DNA of 36,778 bases, taken from positions 1 through 36,778 of the forward strand of contig JACRKZ010000128.1 of the NCBI GenBank assembly GCA_016235455.1, written 5' to 3'. The notes beneath the pieces were generated by a model, which saw only the letters and a list, made by a program, of their open reading frames with translations, did no database searches and was not told the DNA's origin. The position numbers and the translations under genes were made by a program. This document shows, piece after piece, positions 1 through 8,466 of the stretch. Source of the DNA: Armatimonadota bacterium. Lineage in GTDB: Bacteria; Armatimonadota; UBA10988. Each line of letters starts with the position of its first letter. Position 1 is the stretch's first letter.

Positions 1-2
1 GC

Positions 3-596
3 GACGGGCCGAGCGGGTTGGCCGAGGCCCGCGCCGCCGATTGGGATTTGATCATCCTCGACGTCATGCTGCCGGGCATCGATGGCTATGAGGTCTGCGC
101 GCGCCTGCGCGCCGCGCGGCGGGCCGCGCCGGTGCTCATGCTCACCGCGCTCGACGGCGTGGACGATCGGGTGCGCGGGCTCGATGCCGGCGCCGACGAC
201 TATCTGGGCAAGCCGTTCGACTTCGGCGAGCTGCTGGCGCGGGTGCGCGCGCTGTTGCGCCGGGGCCAGGCCGTGCGTTCGCGCCTGGTGCAGGTGGCCG
301 ACCTGGCCATCGACACCGGCGCGCGCACCGTGCGGCGCGGCGGGCGGGAGCTGCGGCTCACGCCGCGCGAGTATGAGCTGCTGGAAGCGCTGGCCACCAA
401 TGTCGGGCGCACCGTGACGCGCGAGGAGATCCTGGAGACGGTCTGGCGCGACGACCGCAGCTATTCGGATACCATCAGCGTCCACGTCTCGTCGCTGCGG
501 CGCAAGGTGGACGGCGACAGTGAGGTCAAGCTGATCGAGACGGTCCACGGCATCGGCTACATCCTGCGCGATTCTCGCGAGCGCGAGCCACGCTGA
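3..596 (+). CDS. OmpR/PhoB-family response regulator (5' truncated by window edge)
   Basis: Receiver motifs LIILDVMLP, LMLTA, GADDYLGKPF; winged-helix LTPREYELL...VHVSSLRRK...TVHGIGY. Frame is open to the window start; stop overlaps the next ATG (TGATG). Confidence 0.95.
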   Translation, partial: DGPSGLAEARAADWDLIILDVMLPGIDGYEVCARLRAARRAAPVLMLTALDGVDDRVRGLDAGADDYLGKPFDFGELLARVRALLRRGQAVRSRLVQVADLAIDTGARTVRRGGRELRLTPREYELLEALATNVGRTVTREEILETVWRDDRSYSDTISVHVSSLRRKVDGDSEVKLIETVHGIGYILRDSREREPR

Positions 597-1936
597 TGCG
601 ACGCAGACCCTTTCGCTACCGGCTGACGCTGTGGTACATCGCCGTGCTGGCGGCGGCGCAGTTGGTGATGGCGGTGGCGGCCGGGCTGACCGTGCGGCTG
701 AGTGGTCTGCGCTCGGTGGACCGCGAACTGCGGCAGAAGGCCACTCAGCCGCTGCGTACCGAGGACCTGCTGCCGCGGCCTCGGCAGTTCGACCGCGCCG
801 ACTTCCGGCGCACGCTGGCCGTGCGGCTGCCCTTGAGCGATGCCAACCTGCTCTGGAACAGCCGCGACGCAGAGCCGGCCGCGCGCGGCGAGATGCGCTT
901 CGCCAACGTCTGGGTGGAGAACGAACACGCCCGCACACTGACCGTGCCGTGGCGCGAGTCGGGCAAGATCGTCGGCGTCATCCAGGTGGCGCGGCCGCTG
1001 GCCGGCTACGACGACATGATGGGCACGCTGCTGCGCTCGGTGCTGGTGCTGCTGCCGCTGTCGTTGCTGCTGGCCGCACTGGGCGGGAGCGCTCTGACGC
1101 GGCGCGCGCTGGCGCCGGTGCGCGCGGCCACGCGGCTGGCCGCCGAGATCGGCGTGGAGGACCTGTCGCGCCGACTGGCGGTGCATGGCGAGGACGAACT
1201 GGCCGATCTGGCGCGCACCTTCAACGCCATGTTCGACCGGCTGGAGGCATCGTTTGAACAGCAGCGCGGGTTCATCGCCGATGCCGCGCACGAACTGCGC
1301 ACGCCGCTGTCGCTGATCAAGGTCAGTTCCAGCATGGCGCTGGCCGGCGCACCCGATGCCGACGAGGATCGCCGGGCGCTGAGCGTCATCGACCAGGCCG
1401 CCGACGGCATGACCGGGCTGGTCGGCCAACTGCTGCTGCTGGCCCGCGCCGATGCCGGGCAACTCGCCGTGGAGCCCGCCGAGTTCGAGGCAGTGGACCT
1501 GCTGGAGGCCGCCATCGCTGCCGTGCCGTCAGCCGCCGGACGCGTCACCATCGCGCCGGGCGGCCGGTTCCTGATGACCGGCGACCTGGATCTGCTGTGC
1601 CGGGCGTTGGTGAACCTGGTCAGCAACGCCCTGCGGCACTCGCCCGAGGCCGCGCCCATCGAGCTCCGAGCCGCCAGCGATGGCCACAGCGCGCGGCTGG
1701 CCGTGGTCGACCACGGCGAGGGCATCGCGCCCGAGCACCTGGCGCGGGTCACCGAGCGCTTCTACCGCGTGGACCGCGGTCGCGGCCGGCGCGAGGGCGG
1801 CACGGGCCTGGGCCTGTCCATTGTGGAGGGCATCGCGCGAGCCCATGGCGGCGCGTTGGTCTTGCGGCCAACGCCGGGCGGCGGGCTCACCGCCGAACTG
1901 CAACTGCCTCTTAGTGGCATCCAGCCGGCCCCTTAA
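596..1936 (+). CDS. Membrane sensor histidine kinase (2 TM, HAMP, HisKA, HATPase)
   Basis: Two hydrophobic segments, HAMP (DELADLARTFNAM), H-box AHELRTP, N-box NLVSNALRH, DHGEGI, GTGLGL; translationally coupled to the regulator. Confidence 0.95.
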   Translation: MRRRPFRYRLTLWYIAVLAAAQLVMAVAAGLTVRLSGLRSVDRELRQKATQPLRTEDLLPRPRQFDRADFRRTLAVRLPLSDANLLWNSRDAEPAARGEMRFANVWVENEHARTLTVPWRESGKIVGVIQVARPLAGYDDMMGTLLRSVLVLLPLSLLLAALGGSALTRRALAPVRAATRLAAEIGVEDLSRRLAVHGEDELADLARTFNAMFDRLEASFEQQRGFIADAAHELRTPLSLIKVSSSMALAGAPDADEDRRALSVIDQAADGMTGLVGQLLLLARADAGQLAVEPAEFEAVDLLEAAIAAVPSAAGRVTIAPGGRFLMTGDLDLLCRALVNLVSNALRHSPEAAPIELRAASDGHSARLAVVDHGEGIAPEHLARVTERFYRVDRGRGRREGGTGLGLSIVEGIARAHGGALVLRPTPGGGLTAELQLPLSGIQPAP

Positions 1937-1962
1937 GGCCTTCTTCTGGAACGTCGGGCATA
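1932..1962 (+). promoter_or_regulatory. Putative response-regulator-dependent promoter, copy 1
   Basis: CTTAAGGCCTTCTTCTGGAACGTCGGGCATA; 24/31 identical to 8467-8497; hexamers at 11-bp period (CTTAAG 1932, CTTCTG 1943; also CTTAGT at 1910). Confidence 0.65.
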
Positions 1963-2033
1963 ACAGTCCTCAGCGCGATGGTCGCGCTCAGCGCGACGGC
2001 CGCAGCCGCTCCGCGCCGGCAAGGAGACCGACG

Positions 2034-3239
2034 ATGAACAGAACGCTGTGCTGGCTGACCTGGGTCGGCGCGCTGCTTCTAACAACCAGCGCGCAGGCCG
2101 CGCCCGCGCCTCAGGGGATGGCGCTCATTCCCGCGGGCTCATTCGAGATGGGCGACCACATCGGGTTCGTCGACCCCAAGCATGGTGGCGACGAGACGCC
2201 CATCCACACCGTGCGGCTGGACGCGCTGTACCTGGGCATCAACGATGTCACCAACCGCGAGTTCTGCGCGTTCCTCAACAGCGCTCTCGGCGCGCGGTCG
2301 GTCGAAGTGCGGCAAGGTGGTGTCTATCCCGCCGGTGGCCAGGACCTGCTCTGCGAGACGCGGGCCATGTCGCCCTACAGCCGCCTCTGGTGGGACGGCG
2401 CCAAGTTCACCGTGCTGGACGGCAAGGACAACCACCCCGTGGTCTGCATCCGATGGGAAGGCGCGGCGCTCTACTGCAACTGGCTGAGCGCACAGGCCAA
2501 ACTGCCGCTCTGCTACGATCCGGCCACCTGGGCCTGCAACTTCAATGTGAGTGGCTACCGCCTGCCCACCGAGGCCGAGTGGGAGTACGCCGCGCGCGGC
2601 GGGCTCAAGGCGCCGTATGCCAACTTCGCCTGGGGCAATGAGGCCGACGCCACGCGCGCCAACTGGCCCGAGTCCAAGAACCCGTTCCGCACCGGTCCGC
2701 TGCCGTGGACTACGCCGGTCGGCTTCTTTGACGGCTCGCTGCGCCGACGCGCTGACTTCGCCTGGCCCGATGCGCAACAGGAGACCTACCAGACGGCCCG
2801 GGGCACCAACGGCTATGGCCTGAACGACATGAGCGGCAACGTCTGGCAATTGGTCAACGACTGGTATGGCCGCGACTACTACGCCTACAGTCCGGCCGAC
2901 AACCCGCCCGGCCCCGACAAGGGCAGCCTCATGCCCGACGGCAAGCCCTATCGCGGCATGCGCGGCGGCAACTGGTTCAACGGCGAGAACGGCCACGGCC
3001 GCGTCTCCAACCGCAACCCCTCGTACTGGCGCGGGCCCGAAGACCCCAACCACCCCTACTACCACATCGGCTTCCGCGTGGCGCTGCCCATCGACGCCGA
3101 GAAGCGCCCCGTGACTCGGCTCACGCCGGCCCAGGACGTGCCGCGTGGCGCTGGTCAGGGCCAGCCTGGTCAGGGCCAGGCCAAGGTGGTGGTCAGGCTG
3201 CCATCACGTTGCCGCCGAAGCAGGGCAGCATGGCCCTGA
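2034..3239 (+). CDS. Secreted FGE-sulfatase (SUMF1/EgtB/PvdO-like) domain protein; probably the N-terminal part of a frameshifted fusion running to 5542
   Basis: RBS AAGGAG then ATG 2034; signal peptide ending SAQA; IPAGSFEMG, VTNREF, RLPTEAEWEYAARGG, NGYGLNDMSGNVWQ, RGGNW, IGFRV. The tail after 3180 looks out of frame. Confidence 0.85.
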   Translation: MNRTLCWLTWVGALLLTTSAQAAPAPQGMALIPAGSFEMGDHIGFVDPKHGGDETPIHTVRLDALYLGINDVTNREFCAFLNSALGARSVEVRQGGVYPAGGQDLLCETRAMSPYSRLWWDGAKFTVLDGKDNHPVVCIRWEGAALYCNWLSAQAKLPLCYDPATWACNFNVSGYRLPTEAEWEYAARGGLKAPYANFAWGNEADATRANWPESKNPFRTGPLPWTTPVGFFDGSLRRRADFAWPDAQQETYQTARGTNGYGLNDMSGNVWQLVNDWYGRDYYAYSPADNPPGPDKGSLMPDGKPYRGMRGGNWFNGENGHGRVSNRNPSYWRGPEDPNHPYYHIGFRVALPIDAEKRPVTRLTPAQDVPRGAGQGQPGQGQAKVVVRLPSRCRRSRAAWP

Positions 3240-5542
3240 CCAGCCCGGTGGTGCAGGACGGCGGCGCGCTGCCATCCGAGTACACCGGTGATGGCGTGGC
3301 GGCCACCCTGCCCTTGGCGTGGAGCGGTGCCCCGGCGGGCACGCAGGGCTTCGCGGTGATCATGCACCACACCGACCCGCAAGGCGTGGCCAAGTGGTAC
3401 TGGACGCTGTACAACATCCCGGCCAACGTCACCAGCCTGCCCAGGAACGTGACCGGCATCGGCACGCTGGGCACCAACAGCGTTAACGAACGGCTCGCCT
3501 ACGCGCCGCCCATGTCCAAGGGGCCCGGCGCCAAGCTCTACACCTACACGGTCTATGCCTTGTCCGGCGCGCCACGGCTCACGGTGCCGGCTGACCGCGT
3601 GGACCGCGCCGCCCTGCTGGCCGCCATGGACGGCCTGGTGTTGGCCAGCGGCGAACTGCGCGTGACCTACACGCGCACCGGCATGGCCGACCCCAACGGC
3701 GGCGGCCCGCAAGGCGGGGGCCAGCCGGGGCCGCCCAACGGAGGTGGTGCCCGCGGCGGGTTTCAGAACGCTCAAGCGGGCGGTCAGATGGGTGGCGAGC
3801 AGCGCGGGCCTGGCGCTGGTGGCCCTGGTGGCGGTGGCGGCGGTGGCGGCCGCATGGAGATGCCTGAGAACAAGACGCCGACCTCGCCCAACGCCGGCCA
3901 AACCGTCGGGCTCTTTATGAACAAGCCGCAGTCCTTCGCGGGCTACACGCTGTTCGCGCCCAAGCACAACAACATCATCTTCCTGATGGACAACAACGGG
4001 CAGGTGGTGCACTGGTGGAAGAGCGACTACGAGCCCGGCCAGTCGGTCTATCTCAAGCCCAATGGCAACCTTCTGCACTGCTGCTTCACCAAGAGCCAGG
4101 CGTTCACCGGCGGTGGCGAGGGCGGGCGCGTGGAGGAGTTCGACTGGGACGGCAAGCTGGTCTGGGAGTTCAACTACTCGAGCGACACCTACCTCTCGCA
4201 CCACGACATCGCGCCGCTTCCCAATGGCAACATCCTCATGCTCGTGGTCGAGAAGAAGAGCATCGAGGACGCGCTGGCAGCCGGCTTTAGCCCGCAGATG
4301 CTGCGCGACCGCCAGCTCTTCCCTGATTCGGTGGTAGAGGTGCAGCCGATCTACCCCAACGGCGGCAAGATCGTCTGGCAGTGGCGGGTGTGGGATCACC
4401 TCATCCAGGACAGCGACCGCACCAAGGCCAACTTCGGTGACGTTGCGGCGCATCCCGAGCTGATCGATGTGGCCTGCAACGGCCGCGCCACACCGGCCTT
4501 CTGGAACCACATGAACTCGATTGCCTACAACGCCAAGCTCGACCAGATCATGGTCAGCGCGCGCGGCTGCAACGAGATCTGGGCCATTGACCACAGCACG
4601 ACCACCGAGCAGGCCGCTGGCCACAGCGGCGGGTTCCACGGCAAGGGCGGCGACCTGATCTACCGCTGGGGCAACCCCGCGGCCTATCGGCGCGGCACCG
4701 AGGCCGACAAACAGCTCGTGCAGCAGCACGACGCCGAGTGGATCCCCGACGGCTCGCCCGGCGCCGGTCATGTGACCATCTTCAACAACGGCTACGACCG
4801 TGGCTGGTCGAGCATCGAGGAGATCGAGCTGCCGCTGGACGCGAACGGTCACTACATCCTCGAACAGGGCAAGCCCTACGGGCCGGCCAAGCCCGTCTGG
4901 CACTACGAGGCGAAGAACCGCACGGACTTCTTCTCCTCGGAGATCTCCGGCGCCAGCCGCCTGCCCAATGGCAACACGCTGGTCTGCGCCGGTGTGGTGG
5001 GCCATCTGTTCGAGGTGACGCCGACCGGCGAGATGGTCTGGCAGTACGTCAACCCGATGGTGCGCGGCGGCTGCCTGGCGCAGGGCGAGCTGCCCGGCAA
5101 GGATGTGCGCGGCCACCTGTGGAACGCGGTGTTCAAGGTGCACCGCTACGCGCCGGACTACCCCGGCCTGGTCGGCCGCGAACTCAAGCCCATCGCGCTG
5201 ATCGAGCTGCCCGCCGACCAGAAGGGCAAGACCGGTCTGGACCAGGCCAACGCTACGCCCGATGAGTTCCCGCGCAACGAGCCCGGCGGCCAGGGCGGAC
5301 CTGGCGGTGGCGGCGGTCGTGGCGGTCAGGGCGGACCTGGTGGCGGCGGCGGTCGTGGCGGTCAGGGCGGACCTGGCGGTGGCGGCCGTGGTGGTCAGGG
5401 CGGACCTGGCGGTGGCCCCGGCGGCCAAGGCGGTCAAGGCGGCGGACCAGGTGGCGGCCAAGGCGGCCAAGGCGGCGGACCTGGCGGCGGCCAGGGCGGA
5501 CCTGGTGCTGGCGGCGGCGGCGGCATGGGTGGCCCCGGCTAG
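3209..5542 (+). CDS. YbhB/YbcL (PEBP-like) domain + aryl-sulfate sulfotransferase (ASST-like) domain + Gly/Gln-rich tail; probably the C-terminal part of the same fusion
   Basis: LTSPVVQDGGALPSEYTGDG...LAWSGAPAGT...YNIP...YTVYAL (PEBP-like); GYTLF, SHHD, WNHMNS, VSAR, QQHD, RLPNGNTL (ASST-like). No RBS or signal peptide of its own. Confidence 0.85.
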   Translation: MPPKQGSMALTSPVVQDGGALPSEYTGDGVAATLPLAWSGAPAGTQGFAVIMHHTDPQGVAKWYWTLYNIPANVTSLPRNVTGIGTLGTNSVNERLAYAPPMSKGPGAKLYTYTVYALSGAPRLTVPADRVDRAALLAAMDGLVLASGELRVTYTRTGMADPNGGGPQGGGQPGPPNGGGARGGFQNAQAGGQMGGEQRGPGAGGPGGGGGGGGRMEMPENKTPTSPNAGQTVGLFMNKPQSFAGYTLFAPKHNNIIFLMDNNGQVVHWWKSDYEPGQSVYLKPNGNLLHCCFTKSQAFTGGGEGGRVEEFDWDGKLVWEFNYSSDTYLSHHDIAPLPNGNILMLVVEKKSIEDALAAGFSPQMLRDRQLFPDSVVEVQPIYPNGGKIVWQWRVWDHLIQDSDRTKANFGDVAAHPELIDVACNGRATPAFWNHMNSIAYNAKLDQIMVSARGCNEIWAIDHSTTTEQAAGHSGGFHGKGGDLIYRWGNPAAYRRGTEADKQLVQQHDAEWIPDGSPGAGHVTIFNNGYDRGWSSIEEIELPLDANGHYILEQGKPYGPAKPVWHYEAKNRTDFFSSEISGASRLPNGNTLVCAGVVGHLFEVTPTGEMVWQYVNPMVRGGCLAQGELPGKDVRGHLWNAVFKVHRYAPDYPGLVGRELKPIALIELPADQKGKTGLDQANATPDEFPRNEPGGQGGPGGGGGRGGQGGPGGGGGRGGQGGPGGGGRGGQGGPGGGPGGQGGQGGGPGGGQGGQGGGPGGGQGGPGAGGGGGMGGPG
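5285..5420 (+). repeat. Coding tandem repeat, ~36-bp unit (GGQGGPGGGGGR), 3 full copies plus a partial one
   Basis: Units at 5285-5320, 5321-5356, 5357-5389 (33 bp) and from 5390; core CAGGGCGGACCTGG recurs. Confidence 0.9.
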
Positions 5543-5593
5543 CGGCCACCTGCCCTGCGGCAGCCAACTGACGACGACGAAACGAGGTGAGTG

Positions 5594-7270
5594 ATGAAGC
5601 GCCTGGCACGATCGCACCGGCTTCTCACAACGCTGCAACTGACGCTGGTCCGCCTGTTGCTGCTCTATGCCTGGGTCACTCCGGCCCTCAGCTACGAGCG
5701 GCTGCAAGGCCCGACCGAGCTGCTCTATGCCGATCCACAGTTGGCCCAACCGGGCTACACGCTGTTCGGCGCGCGCGGCACAACGTACCTGTTGGACCTG
5801 CAGGGCCAGGTGGTACATACCTGGCCCGCGGGCACCAACCCGCACCTGCTGGCCAACGGCAACATTCTGGACGCCTCGCGCGACGACCCCAGTGGCACGG
5901 CGGGCTTGCGCGAGGTGGACTGGGACGGCAAGCTGGTCTGGGAGTACACCGAGAAGCGCGCCGGCTATGCGCCGCACCATGACTGGACCCGCATCTACAA
6001 CCCGCAGCTCAAGGCACTGACGACGCTGTACATCGCGAACAAGACGATCAGCGAGGAGCAGGCGCTGGCCGCGGGGGCCAACCCGGCCACAGGCCCGTAC
6101 CGCGACACGCAGATGGACGCCGTGGTCGAGGTCGACGCCAACGGCCAGGTGGTCTGGGAGTGGTGGTTCTTCGACCATGTCGTCCAGGATATTGATCCGG
6201 CCAAGCCCAACTACGTGGGGCAGGGCAAGACCGTAGCCGACTATCCCGGCCGGATCAACATCAACATGCCCGGCAAGCCGCTGCACCGCGACTGGCTGCA
6301 CTGCAACTCCATCGATTACAGCCCCGAACTCGACCAGATCGTGGTCAACTCGGTGCAAGGCGAGCTGTACGTGATCGACCACGGCGGCACGTTCGTGGCG
6401 GGCGATGCCGCCGCCAGCATTGCCAAGGCGGCTGGTCCGGCGGGCGACTTCCTGTATCGGTTCGGCGACCCGGCGCGCTACGGCCAGGGCGAGCCGCCGT
6501 CCATCGGCCAGAACTGGGACGCGGCAAGCTCGGGCCACAAACAGATGGGCGGCACACACCACGTTTCGTGGATCCGCGCCGGCCTGCCTGGGGCGGGCCA
6601 CCTGCTCATCTTCAACAACGGGCAGTACCTGTACCAGCGCACGCCGCATTCGTCTGTGTTGGAGGTCAACCCCTACCTGGACGGCAACGGCCGCGACACG
6701 GGCAAGTACGTCAACCCGCCCTTGGCCGGCTACCGTCGCGAGCAGTATGACAAGGACACCCACAACCAACCGCGCCTGGTCTCCAACCAGATCGTCTGGA
6801 GCTACAGCCCCAACAACAGCCACGGCTTCTTCAGCCACATCGGCTCCAGCGCGCAACGGCTGCCGAACGGCAACACGTTCATCTGCTCGGATACCGAGGG
6901 CCACTTCTTCGAGGTGACCAGCGACGGCCGTCTGGTCTGGGAGTACATCAACCCCATCACGCCGCAAGGCCCGGTGAAGGTCATCGGTGACAACCTGCCC
7001 ATGCTCAACTCGGTCTTCCGCGCCTTCCGGCTGGCTCCCGACCACGCCGCACTCAAAGGCCGGGAGTTGACCCCGCGCGGCACGATCACCGGCGCGACGC
7101 CCAGCCCTATGCCCGCGACCGTGCAGCCCGTTTCGACCGGCCAGGTCCAACAGGGCCAGACCGGTGGCCCCGGTGGCGGGCAGCGTGGCCAAGGCGGCGG
7201 ACAGCGTGGCCTAGGCGGCCAGGGCGGTGGCCAGGGCGGACAAGGTGGAGGACAGCGTCAGCCGCAGTAG
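5594..7270 (+). CDS. Second secreted aryl-sulfate sulfotransferase (ASST-like) protein
   Basis: RBS GAGGTG; start GTG 5591 or ATG 5594; N-terminal hydrophobic signal; GYTLF, PHHD, WLHCNS, GTHH, QRLPNGNTF; clear paralog of the upstream ASST domain; Gly/Gln-rich C-tail. Confidence 0.88.
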   Translation: MKRLARSHRLLTTLQLTLVRLLLLYAWVTPALSYERLQGPTELLYADPQLAQPGYTLFGARGTTYLLDLQGQVVHTWPAGTNPHLLANGNILDASRDDPSGTAGLREVDWDGKLVWEYTEKRAGYAPHHDWTRIYNPQLKALTTLYIANKTISEEQALAAGANPATGPYRDTQMDAVVEVDANGQVVWEWWFFDHVVQDIDPAKPNYVGQGKTVADYPGRININMPGKPLHRDWLHCNSIDYSPELDQIVVNSVQGELYVIDHGGTFVAGDAAASIAKAAGPAGDFLYRFGDPARYGQGEPPSIGQNWDAASSGHKQMGGTHHVSWIRAGLPGAGHLLIFNNGQYLYQRTPHSSVLEVNPYLDGNGRDTGKYVNPPLAGYRREQYDKDTHNQPRLVSNQIVWSYSPNNSHGFFSHIGSSAQRLPNGNTFICSDTEGHFFEVTSDGRLVWEYINPITPQGPVKVIGDNLPMLNSVFRAFRLAPDHAALKGRELTPRGTITGATPSPMPATVQPVSTGQVQQGQTGGPGGGQRGQGGGQRGLGGQGGGQGGQGGGQRQPQ

Positions 7271-7291
7271 CGCGTCACGCCAGCGCACGGT

Positions 7292-7331
7292 GGGACATGG
7301 CCGGCAGCCCGGGCCGGCCATGTCCCGTTTT
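7292..7331 (+). terminator. Intrinsic terminator
   Basis: Perfect 14-bp stem GGGACATGGCCGGC/GCCGGCCATGTCCC, 7-nt loop, followed by GTTTT, 21 nt after the stop codon. Confidence 0.8.
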
Positions 7332-7428
7332 GGGTGGAATGGATCTGGACGCCGACGGCGTATCTGCGTCATAGCAGCGGATGTCACCTATCCGTGGGTG
7401 CGAGAGTCGGGCCCTGGAGGCAAGAACG

Positions 7429-8433
7429 ATGGCAGATAGCGATCAGATTTCCCGCCGGTCCTTCGTGCAGAACGTGGCCGTCGGCGCCGGCGCCGTGGCG
7501 CTGGCCGGCGCCGCGTCAGCCCAGACCGCGCCGGCGCCCGCGGGCGAGGCCAAGAAGAGCCGAGTGGTCATCGTGCGCCACTCGGGCGCGACCAACAAGG
7601 ACGATGTTCAGGCGGGCCCGGTGACCGAGATGGTCGACCGCGCCATGCTGGAACTGACCGGCGCGGCCACGGTGCGCGAGGCCTGGGCGCGCTACTTCAA
7701 GCCCGAGGAGCGCGTGGGCATCAAGGTCAACGCGCGCGGCGGCCCGACCATCGCCGTGGCGCCCTGCATCCTCAAAGTGTGCGTCGACCGGCTGGTCGAG
7801 TTGGGCGTCAAACCGGCCAACATCATCCTGTGGGACATGTATCCCGACGATCTCAAGAACAGCGGCATGAGCAAGGAAGGGTTCCACGGCGCGCAGGTCA
7901 TGACCTCCGATGTCGGCTGGAGCCCGGAGCTGGAGCAGGGCGTCTGGAAAGGCTCGCTGAGCACCATCGTCACCGAAAAGGTGGACGCCATCCTGAATCT
8001 GCCCATCGTCAAGGACCATGTGCTGTGCGGCGTGACGCTGGCCCTCAAGAACCACTACGGCACCATCAACAACCCCTCCAAGTACCATGCCGACAACTGC
8101 GACCCAGCCGTGGCCGACATCAACAACACGCCCGCCATCCGCGGCAAGCACCGTCTGGTCATCTGCGACGGCACGCGCTCGCTGCCCGACGGCGGCCCAC
8201 ACCTCAAGCCCGGCTTCCTGCTCTACACCAACTTCATCATGGCCGCCTCCGACCCCGTGGCCCACGACACCATCGGCTGGCAGATCATCGAGGAGCAGCG
8301 CAAGACCCACTTCCAACTGCCGCCGCTGGCCCGTGTCGGCCGGCCCCCCAAGCACCTGCGCTCGGCCGCGGAGCGCGGGCTGGGCACCGACCAGCTCGAC
8401 CAAATCGACAAGATCGATATCACGCTGGCGTGA
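7429..8433 (+). CDS. Tat-exported DUF362-domain protein
   Basis: RBS GGAGG; ISRRSFV twin-arginine signal; VGIKVN, ILNLPIVKDH...GVTLALKNHYG, ASDPVAHD, GLG motifs typical of DUF362. Confidence 0.85.
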   Translation: MADSDQISRRSFVQNVAVGAGAVALAGAASAQTAPAPAGEAKKSRVVIVRHSGATNKDDVQAGPVTEMVDRAMLELTGAATVREAWARYFKPEERVGIKVNARGGPTIAVAPCILKVCVDRLVELGVKPANIILWDMYPDDLKNSGMSKEGFHGAQVMTSDVGWSPELEQGVWKGSLSTIVTEKVDAILNLPIVKDHVLCGVTLALKNHYGTINNPSKYHADNCDPAVADINNTPAIRGKHRLVICDGTRSLPDGGPHLKPGFLLYTNFIMAASDPVAHDTIGWQIIEEQRKTHFQLPPLARVGRPPKHLRSAAERGLGTDQLDQIDKIDITLA

Positions 8434-8466
8434 GACCCGCGAGCGCTTGGCGCTCCCGCATCCCAG

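Noticed and set aside
1680-2033. Extended N-termini given by the ORF track (1680, 7381, 9809, 10774, 12309, 18236, 21017, 28552)
   Set aside because: They overlap neighbouring genes or are low-information extensions; downstream starts have RBSs, signal peptides or stop/start overlaps.
2961-3080. AAC-rich C-terminal part of the FGE/CLec-fold domain as a possible DGR variable or template region
   Set aside because: No second near-identical copy and no reverse transcriptase or Avd gene in the window; the Asn codons are explained by normal family motifs.
5285-5530. Regular ~36-bp repeats as a CRISPR array
   Set aside because: No unique spacers; in-frame Gly-rich coding repeats with synonymous variation; no cas genes.
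3170-7192. 1340-aa minus-strand ORF, and other long antisense ORFs such as 17031-19907, 20792-23749 and 25071-27785
   Set aside because: Shadows of real genes in high-GC DNA; no recognisable motifs and they fully overlap well-supported CDSs on the opposite strand.
7336-7362. Possible ECF-sigma promoter GGAAT-N18-CGTA before the DUF362 gene
   Set aside because: Spacing is long for ECF promoters and the motif is too short to support from a single instance.
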